This document shows, piece after piece, positions 19,470 through 29,310 of a stretch of DNA of 64,000 nucleotides; within the stretch, counting starts at the first letter, position 1, and the number at the start of each line of letters is the position of its first letter. Position numbers and translations under genes: made by a program. The stretch is from Escherichia phage vB_EcoM_ESCO25, in sequence record OM386656.1. The stretch is one strand, 5' to 3'. Under the pieces are notes generated by a model that was not told the DNA's origin, made no database searches, and saw only the letters and a list, made by a program, of their open reading frames with translations.

Positions 19470-22067
19470 TTAGTGACATGTGGCCCAGGAATTACCCACA
19501 TCATATCCGGCAGTAAGCTGAACGTTAAGATTGTAAAATTCTCCAGCCTTAGTAACAGCTAAAGCAGCAAGTTCACCTGCCCGACTATAGGCTGTAAACC
19601 ATCCACCTTTAGGAGATTCATGAATGTTAGCCCAAATTTGCCCTGTCTCTTTTTCCTTATTATGCTTCCATTCTTCGACTTTAGCAAGACATTCTTTATC
19701 AATTTTCTTTTGTTCTTCAGGATCGTCTACTTTCTTCCAACCTAATGATTCAGGTGAAAACCATTTAAATTCTACAAGGTTACGAGAAACTTCAAGCTGG
19801 GCTTCATCGTGATATGCAATCATTTGTTGCACGAAGTCTTTATTCTTCCAGTCATCTTTAAAGAAGTCAACACTTAGCCCTTCTTCTTCGATCATGTCGT
19901 CATAAATAACCATTGCACGTTTAGCACAGATAACCCCACCACTTTGGAACAGAGAGTTAAGAATCGCGTGAGCAGAACGAGTAGGAACCTTACGACCGTC
20001 AATACCCAAAACATACTGTTTACCAGTCTTAACCCAGAAATCGTTTAAACGTTCTTTAAGACGCGCCAGTGGGAATGCAGCTTCCCAGAAAGCATCGAAC
20101 ACCAGTTGCCCTGTGTATTTATCGCTACCAATTGTTTTAGCAACCTTGTCTGCTTGTGCACCATAAGTGATCCCGTATTTAACAGATTTCGCCGGACTAC
20201 GTTCAAATTTACGCCCAATAGTATCTGTAATACGTTTTGCCATCATGGTATGAACATCGTTAGGTTTCTCTAACAACAGAGCGTTACAATATTCGTGTGG
20301 CTCCGGCTCGTACCGCCAACAGTAGTGTGATTCAATTTTTGCTTCCAAAGAGTCGAAGTCGTAGCCGATCTGGAAGTATTTAGGAACTTCTACACCAAAC
20401 AAGTTACGCATCTCCCATCCAAACAAAGATGTGACACGAGGAATATTAGCTACAGATCTATGCTTCATACGAGAGGTTGCAGCATCACATGTAGCGGCTG
20501 GTGTAGGAATACGCCCATCCGCCCTTACTGCGGCTAAGAAACCTTTATCATATTCTTGATCTTCCTCATCTTCTTCCCAATCAGCACCGCCACCTAAAAT
20601 AGAGTTCCTACGGTGTTTATACGTTAAGTATTCTACAATCTGTGTAGCATAAGGAAATTTCTCACCCAAAGCTTGCAGGTTAGGACAAATCTCTTTTTCC
20701 TGACCTTTGGTAAAACATGGGTTAGTCAATACTTTAAGACCGCGACCTTTACCTTTTGCTATACGCTCTTGAATCTTCCTTTCCAAGGTTTCCGGTGTGC
20801 ACTCCAGATGATCACAACGATCCTGACAAAAATTAGAAGATAGAGTTTGCTCAACGTAAGCTCGAATACCTTTCTGAAGTTCTTCCTCGCTCTTTTTAAT
20901 CTTGGTGCCAGATTTAAGAGTTAAGTCTTTATCTTTATATTCAGACGGTACCCAACCTAATCCTACAAGCCAGTTTTTAATATGGGTTGTATCGTTCAAT
21001 GTTGCAGGGATGTTAGGATCACATAGAGGTTCATCTGCTGCAACTGGCAGTTTCCACTCTTTCCCCAACATAACTAACCACCAATCGCCATCCCTCTCTT
21101 CCAAATGACCATCATGTTTCTTAGCAAAATTGATCATATGGTTAGTTGGCTCTAAGTTCTTTTTAATTTGCAACTTAGGTGGAATAAAAGCCTTAAGATA
21201 GCCTTTTGTTGCTGGTTTAGGTGGCAAAATAGGCTCAACGAGTAAACGAAGACGCTCCATTTCTGCATCCAAAAAAGCAAGGTTCTCTTCTGCTTGCTTC
21301 ATGTTAAAAGCAAACCCACGGTGTTCCTGGCGTGTGATAATGTCTGCTACACGTTGTTCAAGTTCAAATGGACCTTCCCATTTATCATAATCACCCCATT
21401 CTTCCATGAGGTAATTATATACACTTGTGTTGGCTTTGTTATCATAGATACAGTAATAAAGCATATCCGCAGCAAAAGTCTTAAATCGATCTTCTTCTGG
21501 AATCTCTTTACGGAAATCTATTTTTACATCCCCGCCTGCCTTTCGAGAAAGTGCTGCCAAGCTATGTCCTGATTTGCCCTCAATCTTTCGATCTGGGTTT
21601 AACACTTTACTCAAAATTAAGGAGTCAATAAGTTTTACCTTGCTTTTACCCCACGTGTTATATTTAACACTGTAATCTAATCCATAAAACAGTTTTGTAG
21701 CCAACCAGTCATAGTTGATACCGTTGTGTGCCACAGCCATTTCAACCAAATATTCAGGCTTGTCTTTAAAATAACCTTCATGATTAATAAAATCTGGGAA
21801 ATCTTTTAGTTGAAAATGTGTGTAATCTTGCGCCACATATTCTTTAAGAACATATGTATATTTATCATCTGACTCTTCATAAGGACGACCATCAAAAATG
21901 TATTTAGGGCCATCGTGGAAAGCTACTATTTCTCCTGTTTCATGGTTCTCTAAGACAATACAGTGCATTTGAAATGTGTCTTTGAGACGATAAGGACTAG
22001 CTAAATAATCAATAGTATCATTATTCAACAATCCATTTGCTTCAATATCCCATGTAAACTTACTCAC
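19470..22067 (-). CDS. DNA polymerase, family A (T7 gp5-like) with 3'-5' exonuclease domain
   Basis: 865-aa ORF; N-terminal WDIEANGL exo motif; DGRKVPTRSAHAILNSLFQSGG and C-terminal ...NSWATCH parallel T7 DNAP (DGRKVHVRSPHAALNTLLQSAG, ...NWAICH). Confidence 0.9.
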   Translation of the reverse strand: MSKFTWDIEANGLLNNDTIDYLASPYRLKDTFQMHCIVLENHETGEIVAFHDGPKYIFDGRPYEESDDKYTYVLKEYVAQDYTHFQLKDFPDFINHEGYFKDKPEYLVEMAVAHNGINYDWLATKLFYGLDYSVKYNTWGKSKVKLIDSLILSKVLNPDRKIEGKSGHSLAALSRKAGGDVKIDFRKEIPEEDRFKTFAADMLYYCIYDNKANTSVYNYLMEEWGDYDKWEGPFELEQRVADIITRQEHRGFAFNMKQAEENLAFLDAEMERLRLLVEPILPPKPATKGYLKAFIPPKLQIKKNLEPTNHMINFAKKHDGHLEERDGDWWLVMLGKEWKLPVAADEPLCDPNIPATLNDTTHIKNWLVGLGWVPSEYKDKDLTLKSGTKIKKSEEELQKGIRAYVEQTLSSNFCQDRCDHLECTPETLERKIQERIAKGKGRGLKVLTNPCFTKGQEKEICPNLQALGEKFPYATQIVEYLTYKHRRNSILGGGADWEEDEEDQEYDKGFLAAVRADGRIPTPAATCDAATSRMKHRSVANIPRVTSLFGWEMRNLFGVEVPKYFQIGYDFDSLEAKIESHYCWRYEPEPHEYCNALLLEKPNDVHTMMAKRITDTIGRKFERSPAKSVKYGITYGAQADKVAKTIGSDKYTGQLVFDAFWEAAFPLARLKERLNDFWVKTGKQYVLGIDGRKVPTRSAHAILNSLFQSGGVICAKRAMVIYDDMIEEEGLSVDFFKDDWKNKDFVQQMIAYHDEAQLEVSRNLVEFKWFSPESLGWKKVDDPEEQKKIDKECLAKVEEWKHNKEKETGQIWANIHESPKGGWFTAYSRAGELAALAVTKAGEFYNLNVQLTAGYDVGNSWATCH

Positions 22068-22861
22068 TATTCCTCCTTTCTAATGTTCTCCAGAACCCAC
22101 TGAAGTTCTTTTAAACTTAAACTTCTTACTCCCGCAGTTTTACTAGCTTCAGTTTTAAGTAACGGGTAAGCCTCAATGATACGTGTTTTAAGATCAGAAG
22201 TCAAGGCTTTTAAAAAATAGGTAGATGCTTCAGATAAAGAATCTTCTTCTGTTAGCACTTTACCTGCGCTTGCTCCGGCTCTCCTAACAGCTATGTCGTA
22301 GTCTTTGCTGTTACCTAATACGAACAGTCGATTCTCTCCTAAAACAACGGGAGAACGCTTCTGGCTGCGTTTAATCCATATTTGGAATACACAAGGAACA
22401 TCCCAAGGTTCTCCATGAAGAATAAAAGATCCTTTGGGACACTCTTCTTCGTGAAGAAGATGCATATAAGGATTTAGTTTGTGTGCAAAAAAGATTTTTT
22501 GAAATGTGCGAGGTAAGATAAAACAAATACCACCTTCGTTATCCAGCATTTCAGCACAATGGTTAAAGAACTTAATGGCAAGACTAGCGTTTTTTCCGAA
22601 TGGAGGATTACCAACAAAAGCCGTTACACTACCAACAGACTCAACAGATTGAGCTAAAAAATCTGCCTCAATACAATCTTCAAACTTAGGGTCAATATCA
22701 AAAGAAGTTATGTTTTTAAAACAAGAAGAGAAAGCTCCTTCTCCCGCAGATGGTTCTACGTAGTTAGCTTCCTCTCCAAAAATTTCTTTGATCTTATCAC
22801 ATAAGAACCCCGCATAAGCGGGGTTAGTGTAATATTGATCAAGTGTGTTCAACTTGCTCAA
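22067..22861 (-). CDS. SAM-dependent methyltransferase, probably DNA N6-adenine/N4-cytosine class
   Basis: 264-aa ORF; motif I VEPSAGEGAF and catalytic NPPFG. Confidence 0.6.
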   Translation of the reverse strand: MSKLNTLDQYYTNPAYAGFLCDKIKEIFGEEANYVEPSAGEGAFSSCFKNITSFDIDPKFEDCIEADFLAQSVESVGSVTAFVGNPPFGKNASLAIKFFNHCAEMLDNEGGICFILPRTFQKIFFAHKLNPYMHLLHEEECPKGSFILHGEPWDVPCVFQIWIKRSQKRSPVVLGENRLFVLGNSKDYDIAVRRAGASAGKVLTEEDSLSEASTYFLKALTSDLKTRIIEAYPLLKTEASKTAGVRSLSLKELQWVLENIRKEE

Positions 22862-22870
22862 TAGTCCTCC

Positions 22871-23302
22871 TTAGTTGTTAGCGAACTCAATAGTGAGGTC
22901 AACTTTACCATCATCAGAAATAACCATGTTTTTGGTATTTTTAAAGATGATATCTACTTTACCTTCACTTACACGACAGAATGCAACACCATCTGCAACT
23001 TTATCGATATAATATTTGTAAGAAAGAATACCCACTTTACTACGACCAGCACCTTTTGTGAAAGAAGGGCTTACATCGAAACGAAAACCTTTAGAAGAAA
23101 CAACACGGTAAGAACGTCCAGTTGGAAGATGTTCAATAACAGAGACATTGTTCTCAACAACTTTTACAGCAAACTCTTCAGGATGATCCTCAACAATCAT
23201 GTGTGGGATGGCAAATGCCAACGCTTGTTTGTGTTTAATAACACCAGCACCCAGAGCACCAGCAGCTTTAACTTTTGCATTCAGATCGATTGTCATACGC
23301 AT
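22871..23302 (-). CDS. hypothetical protein
   Basis: 143-aa ORF with own promoter (TTGACA-17-TATACT) and SD AGAGGAG. Confidence 0.55.
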   Translation of the reverse strand: MRMTIDLNAKVKAAGALGAGVIKHKQALAFAIPHMIVEDHPEEFAVKVVENNVSVIEHLPTGRSYRVVSSKGFRFDVSPSFTKGAGRSKVGILSYKYYIDKVADGVAFCRVSEGKVDIIFKNTKNMVISDDGKVDLTIEFANN

Positions 23303-23335
23303 TTTTACTTCTCCTCTTGTTTGGTTGATGAGACA

Positions 23336-23364
23336 AGTATAAGTCCCTTCCGCAAAGTTGTCAA
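23336..23364 (-). promoter_or_regulatory. sigma70-type promoter for gene 22871..23302
   Basis: On - strand TTGACA, 17-nt spacer, TATACT. Confidence 0.5.
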
Positions 23365-23374
23365 CAGGTATTTT

Positions 23375-23396
23375 TAATAAAAGGGCCGAAGCCCTT
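23375..23396 (-). terminator. rho-independent terminator after primase-helicase
   Basis: On - strand AAGGGC-UUCG-GCCCUU then UUUUAUU. Confidence 0.65.
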
Positions 23397-25173
23397 AGTA
23401 GTTGCTATCCGTAGGTAAGTTAGCAGGGTTGTTAAAATACTGCTCTTTGTCGTGAAGAGTTGCAGTTCTAATGTCATAGTAAAACTGCCCTGCTGGACCA
23501 GTCTCCGAGAACTCACGGTTTTTTAGGATAAAGCAATGAGTTGTATTACGTTCTACAGGATCTTCAGCAGCCTTATCTCGTTCCAAAGCCAAGGTAATAC
23601 CAGCACCTTTAGCCAAGAAACTACTACCCATTGCATCGTCCTCTGTTAAGTGCTCATTGCCACCATTAGCTGACTTCTTAACGTGTGAGATGACGATAAT
23701 AGTTATAGCATACTCTTTCATGATTCGCTTCAACCATGTTGCTAACTCTTCCTGGGCTTGAACATCCATACCAGAAAGCAAATCAGAATAAGGGTCGATA
23801 ACAAGAATTGTTACTCCAAAATAGATGATCATCTCCAAAACTTTTTCTTTGATAGACTCCACATCTGCTCCACGATCATCACACACGTAAAAACGTGGTG
23901 ATCCATCTTCTCTTTCGTAAAAATCTAGGATTTTTTCTTTATTCTCTTCCAAGATTTGAAATTTCTCTTCCGGTGTTTTCCTGTGTAGAGGAATGTGTAG
24001 GAAAGAGGATAACAGGTTACGAGAATACTTTTTATAAGTCGCTTCCAAGGACAGAATACCTAGGGTATGTTCTGGGTGTGCAACAATAATATGTTTGGTG
24101 ATCTCGTTCACCATCAAAGTTTTACCGATACTGGTCTTTGCCAGGATGACTGTAATCTCTTCCTCTACTAAACCACCACCCAACATGTTTGCAGCAACAC
24201 GCATAAAAGGAGGCAAGGTAATCATCTTGGATTCCAAGCATTCCAATGCAGCTTCATACAAGACATTAGAAGCATAAACACCTGCTGGGGTGTATAGACG
24301 AGCACTCCAAAAAGCTTTTACGAAATCTTTTGCACGGCCTTCTTCCAGATACTGATTGGCATCCTTAAGATCCATCTGCATACGGTAGACTTTGTTACGA
24401 GGCAGCACCTTAACAATATTTTCAAATGCCTCGTTACCTGCTTTGTCGTTATCCATGCAAACAATAATCTTCTTAAATTTTTCAAAGAAAGGATATTGTG
24501 CCTGAACTTGTTTATACATACTGGTTTCACCAGTTGTGCCACTTACTACGGCTGGAAGCTCATATTTACTGTCCAAGTTTTCAGATAGCATTTGATAAGC
24601 TGCCAGAGCATCGTGTTCACCACCTGTAATTACAACAGTATGAGAACGATCTGCAAAACGAATTTGTCCAAAAAGATCTACATCTTTACCTACTTGACCA
24701 ATAGGTTTACTGAAATCTTTAGGATGAATACGACGCTTAAAACCAACCAATTCTTTACCGATGGTAGTTGGATATAAACAACTTTCTACTACCATCTGAT
24801 CCCCTTCCTGACGGTATTCATAACGAACACCATAGAAAGATGAAACTTTTTCTTTAATGCCTCGATAACCACGTGGGTTGGTTGATGTTTCTTGAACAAT
24901 TTTACGATGAATCTGTTTATTAAATTCCGAACCCACAATCTCCTCCTCTTCTTCTAAAACTTCACCATTTTCTCGTAACCATTCTACGCTAGGAATAGTG
25001 TATTCACACGCAAAGCACTTAGCACCTTTATGCTCTCCATTAGAATCTAATCCATAAACCATCAGGTTATTACGAGAGCGATCCTTGCCATTTTTCATGC
25101 AGCGCGGACAACCTGTATGTCCTTCCTTGCTAAGATCAACATCAAATCCATATTTAGTTATAATGTGCGACAC
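23395..25173 (-). CDS. primase-helicase (T7 gp4-like: zinc ribbon, TOPRIM primase, DnaB-like helicase)
   Basis: 592-aa ORF; N-terminal CPRC...CFAC zinc ribbon; TOPRIM-like IIVCMDNDKAGNEAF; Walker A AKTSIGKT. Confidence 0.85.
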   Translation of the reverse strand: MSHIITKYGFDVDLSKEGHTGCPRCMKNGKDRSRNNLMVYGLDSNGEHKGAKCFACEYTIPSVEWLRENGEVLEEEEEIVGSEFNKQIHRKIVQETSTNPRGYRGIKEKVSSFYGVRYEYRQEGDQMVVESCLYPTTIGKELVGFKRRIHPKDFSKPIGQVGKDVDLFGQIRFADRSHTVVITGGEHDALAAYQMLSENLDSKYELPAVVSGTTGETSMYKQVQAQYPFFEKFKKIIVCMDNDKAGNEAFENIVKVLPRNKVYRMQMDLKDANQYLEEGRAKDFVKAFWSARLYTPAGVYASNVLYEAALECLESKMITLPPFMRVAANMLGGGLVEEEITVILAKTSIGKTLMVNEITKHIIVAHPEHTLGILSLEATYKKYSRNLLSSFLHIPLHRKTPEEKFQILEENKEKILDFYEREDGSPRFYVCDDRGADVESIKEKVLEMIIYFGVTILVIDPYSDLLSGMDVQAQEELATWLKRIMKEYAITIIVISHVKKSANGGNEHLTEDDAMGSSFLAKGAGITLALERDKAAEDPVERNTTHCFILKNREFSETGPAGQFYYDIRTATLHDKEQYFNNPANLPTDSNY

Positions 25174-25185
25174 TTTGTTCTCCTG

Positions 25186-25464
25186 TTAAAATGGTTCGTT
25201 AGTCTCCATCATATATTCTGCTTCTAGTTCTTCCATGTGCTTTCTAAATTGGAAAGCAATTTCTGCTACAGTTACATTTAAATCTTTTTCAAAAACTTCT
25301 GTAGATCCTTCATAAAAACGAATACCGTCAATTAAAAGCCCTCCGTGGTAATCCCAATCGCTTTCACGAGAAAGTGGATTAGGTTCTTCATAATAGTAAT
25401 CCACCTCCACGACCAAGGCTTTCCCGTTACGAGTGGTGTATTCAAAATCAAAAGTGTTAATCAT
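25186..25464 (-). CDS. hypothetical protein
   Basis: 92-aa ORF between primase-helicase and glycosyltransferase genes. Confidence 0.5.
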   Translation of the reverse strand: MINTFDFEYTTRNGKALVVEVDYYYEEPNPLSRESDWDYHGGLLIDGIRFYEGSTEVFEKDLNVTVAEIAFQFRKHMEELEAEYMMETNEPF

Positions 25465-26408
25465 TATAGCTCCTCAAATAAAAGTCTACGACGCTCATTC
25501 AACACATCAATGTGATAATGAGTCCTGACATACTTAGCTAATGCTAATCCTTTCTCCATGCAAACATCGGGAGCACTTAATAAGTATTCCGTAATATCTT
25601 TCCACTCGGAAGGTGTTTCAGCAAAGAATAACAAATCTTTAAACTCTTGTGTATGATAATTCTCACGAGGAGAGCAGATTAAAGGTAAACCCTTAGCACC
25701 TGCCTCAAGAATTTTAAGATTGCTTTTTGCATTATTAAACACGTTATCGATCAATGGTGCAAGACTGATTTGATGACCATCGTAAGATTCCATGTAGTTG
25801 GCATATGGTCTTACACCTTCATAAACACAAGTTGGTGCTACATTTTCCCTGATTAAAGACCATTCACGACTACTTAAAACTTCAGAATCCCTACGAAAAC
25901 CACATATTGTAAGATCTTTACCAAAATCGGGCAAGATAGCCAAATCTTGTTTATGTGTTTCACTTCCAGCCCAGACTAATGGAGTTTTGGAGTAGCGATC
26001 ACGGGTCAACACAAATTGACCTTCATCGTAAGGAAGTCCATTAGGGATTATGTGCACATTATCATTGTATTGTGAAAGTTCAACTTGCAAGGCAGGTGTC
26101 GTAGTTGTAACAAGATCACTGTGCTCTAAAAACCATTTTAAATGTTCACGAATACCTGATTCAAAAATACCTTCTAACATGTGTCCTTTTGGAATAACTA
26201 AAGAGTCATCCAAATCCATAACCATTTTAAAGCCCAGGTTTTTAAGGGCTAAAAAGCCCTCTTTACCTTTTGTTGGCACTCCGTTAAAAACGAAAACGTT
26301 GTGTTTAGGTTGTGAAGAGAACTGCCTTGAGTAAGGCAGCACTACCCTATGGAAATCGCAGACACTATAATTGATTCCGTTACGATTGTCAAGAATTATT
26401 TGTCCCAT
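25464..26408 (-). CDS. glycosyltransferase (intact copy of tandem paralog pair)
   Basis: 314-aa ORF; C-terminal KSNLKILEAGAKGLPLICSP... resembles GT-B group-1 glycosyltransferase core; paralog immediately upstream. Confidence 0.6.
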   Translation of the reverse strand: MGQIILDNRNGINYSVCDFHRVVLPYSRQFSSQPKHNVFVFNGVPTKGKEGFLALKNLGFKMVMDLDDSLVIPKGHMLEGIFESGIREHLKWFLEHSDLVTTTTPALQVELSQYNDNVHIIPNGLPYDEGQFVLTRDRYSKTPLVWAGSETHKQDLAILPDFGKDLTICGFRRDSEVLSSREWSLIRENVAPTCVYEGVRPYANYMESYDGHQISLAPLIDNVFNNAKSNLKILEAGAKGLPLICSPRENYHTQEFKDLLFFAETPSEWKDITEYLLSAPDVCMEKGLALAKYVRTHYHIDVLNERRRLLFEEL

Positions 26409-26415
26409 ACTTCAC

Positions 26416-27364
26416 CTACAAACTTTCAATAACCTGGCGTCGCAATTCGTTTGCATCTGCCAGATTATAATGTGTTCGAACATGTTCCGCTAAGAACAAG
26501 CCGCGATCTTCCCGATAGTTCGGATTTCGAAGAAGCTTAACAATTTCGTAATGCCATTCTGCTTTATTCTCTGCATAAGCAACAGCGCGAGCATCTACAG
26601 GGTTAAAATAAGGTAATACCTTAGAACAAACAATCGGAATACCTTTTGCCCCCAGCTTCAAGGATTTTGAGATTACTTTTACAATTATTAAAATCATTAT
26701 CTACCAAAGGAGCTATAGCAATAGCATGACTTTCGTAAACACTCATGTAATTATCTAAATCTTTTACAGCAGCTTTATATTTGGCATTTGGTAAATTTCT
26801 ACGGATCTTAATCCACTCTTGCCCTGTGATACTCTGCGATGCTTCATATCCTGCAATAGTAAGAAGTTCATCATCGAAAGTATTAGAGACTAGTCGTAAA
26901 TCGGGTTCGTGACTAGCACCGCCAGCCCATACAACAGGGGTACCGGATGAACGATCATTTGACAAAGTGAATTGTCCGCTATCAAAAGGAAGTGCATTTC
27001 GGATCACAACAACATTCCTATTTAAGTGACGGATCTTATATGCCAAATATTCCGTAGTCACAATGACCACATCGGCAAGCTTAACCATAGCTACAATAGC
27101 ATGAGTGTTTGACTCATATAAACTTGCTAAATAATGTTCTGGATTAAGTTGGTAGAAATCATCTAAATCTACAACAATCTTAACACCTTGACGTTTCAGG
27201 GACAGAACATATTCTGCCCCTTTAGAATGAATACGGTTAAACACGACAACATCTTTCTTAGGCTGAAAATTATTGTTGTTAAATGGTATAACAATACGAT
27301 GATAATCACAACCACTGTGAGGTTTTGCATCAATTTTCAGTTTAGTCCATTTTTTATTTGACAT
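26416..27364 (-). pseudogene. glycosyltransferase paralog interrupted by a +1 frameshift in a G5/C5 homopolymer (or sequencing error / programmed shift)
   Basis: ORFs 26621..27403 and 26416..26697 together align to the intact paralog; frames switch at C5 run 26649-26653 (G5 on coding strand); four Gs would restore ...EAGAKGIPIVCSK... Confidence 0.6.
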
Positions 27365-28037
27365 GTGCCAGTGCCTCCTCATAAGAAATTCGGATTTTCC
27401 CATTTTTAATATCTTCTAAAGACGCTTTATATTCTTCCCAGTTAATGCCAATAGCAGCTTCTTTCTCTTCTTTTGTCAGATTAGCAAAAGGCATAGGATT
27501 GTTTCCAAAAACATCGTCTGGGTGGATATAAGCCATGATACGAAGTGGACAAGGTATTGCCTGAATGCCCTGATTCAAACCAGCAGCTTTCAAACGGTGT
27601 ACCCATTCAGCATCTTCAAAACCATAGCCGTGAGTGTAAGGGCGGAAATAACCCATCTTCTCAACAACGGCACGAGAATACATTGCAAATTGACACATTG
27701 CAAGTTCCCAGAGAATAACTTCTCCTTTACTCCCAACAACTTTATCTTTGAAATACTCCGGCATACCAAAGAAATCCCATCCTCCAGAGACAGCTTGATC
27801 TACAAAATATGTTTCCCATCCCTCCATGATTGGGTAGCAATCGTCGTCAAAAATAAACCAATAATCATAACCTTCTTCATAAAACTGGTGCATAAGTTCA
27901 TTCCTGGCGTAAGCTACACCTTTACGATCTGGATCGTTGAATACTCGAAAATCTGCATGTGGATCTGTTACAAGATAGTCTTTAAGTGGACGGACACCTA
28001 CAGTGATAACACCCACTCCGATTTTAATATTTTCCAT
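27354..28037 (-). CDS. putative glycosyltransferase, GT-A-like with DDD motif
   Basis: 227-aa ORF; WFIFDDDCYP acidic motif; adjacent to other glycosyltransferase genes. Confidence 0.5.
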   Translation of the reverse strand: MENIKIGVGVITVGVRPLKDYLVTDPHADFRVFNDPDRKGVAYARNELMHQFYEEGYDYWFIFDDDCYPIMEGWETYFVDQAVSGGWDFFGMPEYFKDKVVGSKGEVILWELAMCQFAMYSRAVVEKMGYFRPYTHGYGFEDAEWVHRLKAAGLNQGIQAIPCPLRIMAYIHPDDVFGNNPMPFANLTKEEKEAAIGINWEEYKASLEDIKNGKIRISYEEALAHVK

Positions 28038-28045
28038 TTTCTCTC

Positions 28046-28609
28046 CTAGATAGTTTTACTGTGATCGTGACAGTGTAATAAATGATGTATAGACCGTTGA
28101 GGATTTGTTTGACCTAATCTGTAAATGTGAAACAGATACATTCCCCGCATCAATCCTAACCTTTTTCCTTTTTCATGTAAAGTGCGAGAGAAAATTAGGT
28201 CGAATTGGATAGATTTTTCTTCGAAAGGAATTTCATTCCACAATGATTTTCTAAAAAGCAAAAAGAAACCTGCCAGAGGTGTTCCGAAAGGAACTTCTTC
28301 AACACTCACTTTATGATATTCTCTTGCAATCTTAGCATATTCTATATGGTTTAGAATATTTGGATCATCGTTAATTTGGTTAGAGAAAAGCTGATAACCA
28401 CTACCTAACCTGTTACAAGTTGCACCTATTACATCAAAAGGCGGGTTTGACATAATAAGCTCTTCAAGCATAGATGGTTGATCAGGCAGGAGGAACATTG
28501 TATCGGTATCTCTTAAGCACACCCAACTATCATCTGGAAGAACGGCAATAGCTTCATTGATAGCCTTGCCGATATTTCCTGTCAGATAGGGAGTAATATA
28601 ATAAATCAT
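28046..28609 (-). CDS. putative glycosyltransferase-like protein (DxD motif)
   Basis: 187-aa ORF; CLRDTDTMFL motif; context only. Confidence 0.4.
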   Translation of the reverse strand: MIYYITPYLTGNIGKAINEAIAVLPDDSWVCLRDTDTMFLLPDQPSMLEELIMSNPPFDVIGATCNRLGSGYQLFSNQINDDPNILNHIEYAKIAREYHKVSVEEVPFGTPLAGFFLLFRKSLWNEIPFEEKSIQFDLIFSRTLHEKGKRLGLMRGMYLFHIYRLGQTNPQRSIHHLLHCHDHSKTI

Positions 28610-28625
28610 TCTCCCCTCCGTTATA

Positions 28626-28817
28626 TTAACTGTCAGCTACAATCCCACGTTTAATCATTTCTTGTTGGATTTGGATGACACGATCTCGTGCTTCCATATA
28701 TTCTTTAAAAGATTCTTGGAGATGGTCACGAGCTACATCCCGTAGTTTAATCAGCTTGTCGTTTGTCACTTCTTGAAGAGAGATCTCGCCAGTTTCATTG
28801 GTCCCAAGCGTTTTCAT
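28626..28817 (-). CDS. hypothetical small protein
   Basis: 63-aa ORF. Confidence 0.45.
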   Translation of the reverse strand: MKTLGTNETGEISLQEVTNDKLIKLRDVARDHLQESFKEYMEARDRVIQIQQEMIKRGIVADS

Positions 28818-29025
28818 TTACAACCTCCTTAATAGCTACTGCACAGTTCTTACAAATACATTGACCTTTGTTCTTAGAAATTTCAATGTAAGGTTCATTT
28901 TCGTTTTCTCCGCGTCGTGAATCGTATATTACAGTATTGAAGCAGACAACGCAAATGTTTTTAATAACAACATATTTTTGCACTTTTTGTTTAGTGCGAA
29001 AATTTACTTCAATGACTTCTCCCAT
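28795..29025 (-). CDS. small zinc-ribbon protein
   Basis: Start moved to internal ATG 29025 (SD AGGGGAG); CVVC...CICKNC pairs. Confidence 0.5.
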   Translation of the reverse strand: MGEVIEVNFRTKQKVQKYVVIKNICVVCFNTVIYDSRRGENENEPYIEISKNKGQCICKNCAVAIKEVVNENAWDQ

Positions 29026-29309
29026 CAGTGAATCTCCCCTAAAATGTTGTTTTGAGACATTACTGCGGAGCATTCTACAGCATCATGAGTCCTTGCAAAA
29101 CGCTCCCACAGCACAGCATCTACTTTAAGAACCATACAAGGATAAATACTGTCGTTGATCATATCAATGCTATATTTATCTACATCCTTTTCATCTTCCA
29201 TAAACAAAGTAGCGTATGCTTCCAAATGTTTACGGGTGTAGTATACGTCCTCTTCGGTAAGACCGACAACCAGGTAACTTGCTACAACAACAGTATTATC
29301 TTCTTGCAT
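29025..29309 (-). CDS. hypothetical protein
   Basis: Start moved to ATG 29309 (SD AAGGGGAG); 94 aa. Confidence 0.45.
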   Translation of the reverse strand: MQEDNTVVVASYLVVGLTEEDVYYTRKHLEAYATLFMEDEKDVDKYSIDMINDSIYPCMVLKVDAVLWERFARTHDAVECSAVMSQNNILGEIH

Positions 29310-29310
29310 T

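Noticed and set aside
27522-28049. 175-aa + strand ORF
   Set aside because: Antisense to the glycosyltransferase-like gene 27354..28037, which has recognisable motifs
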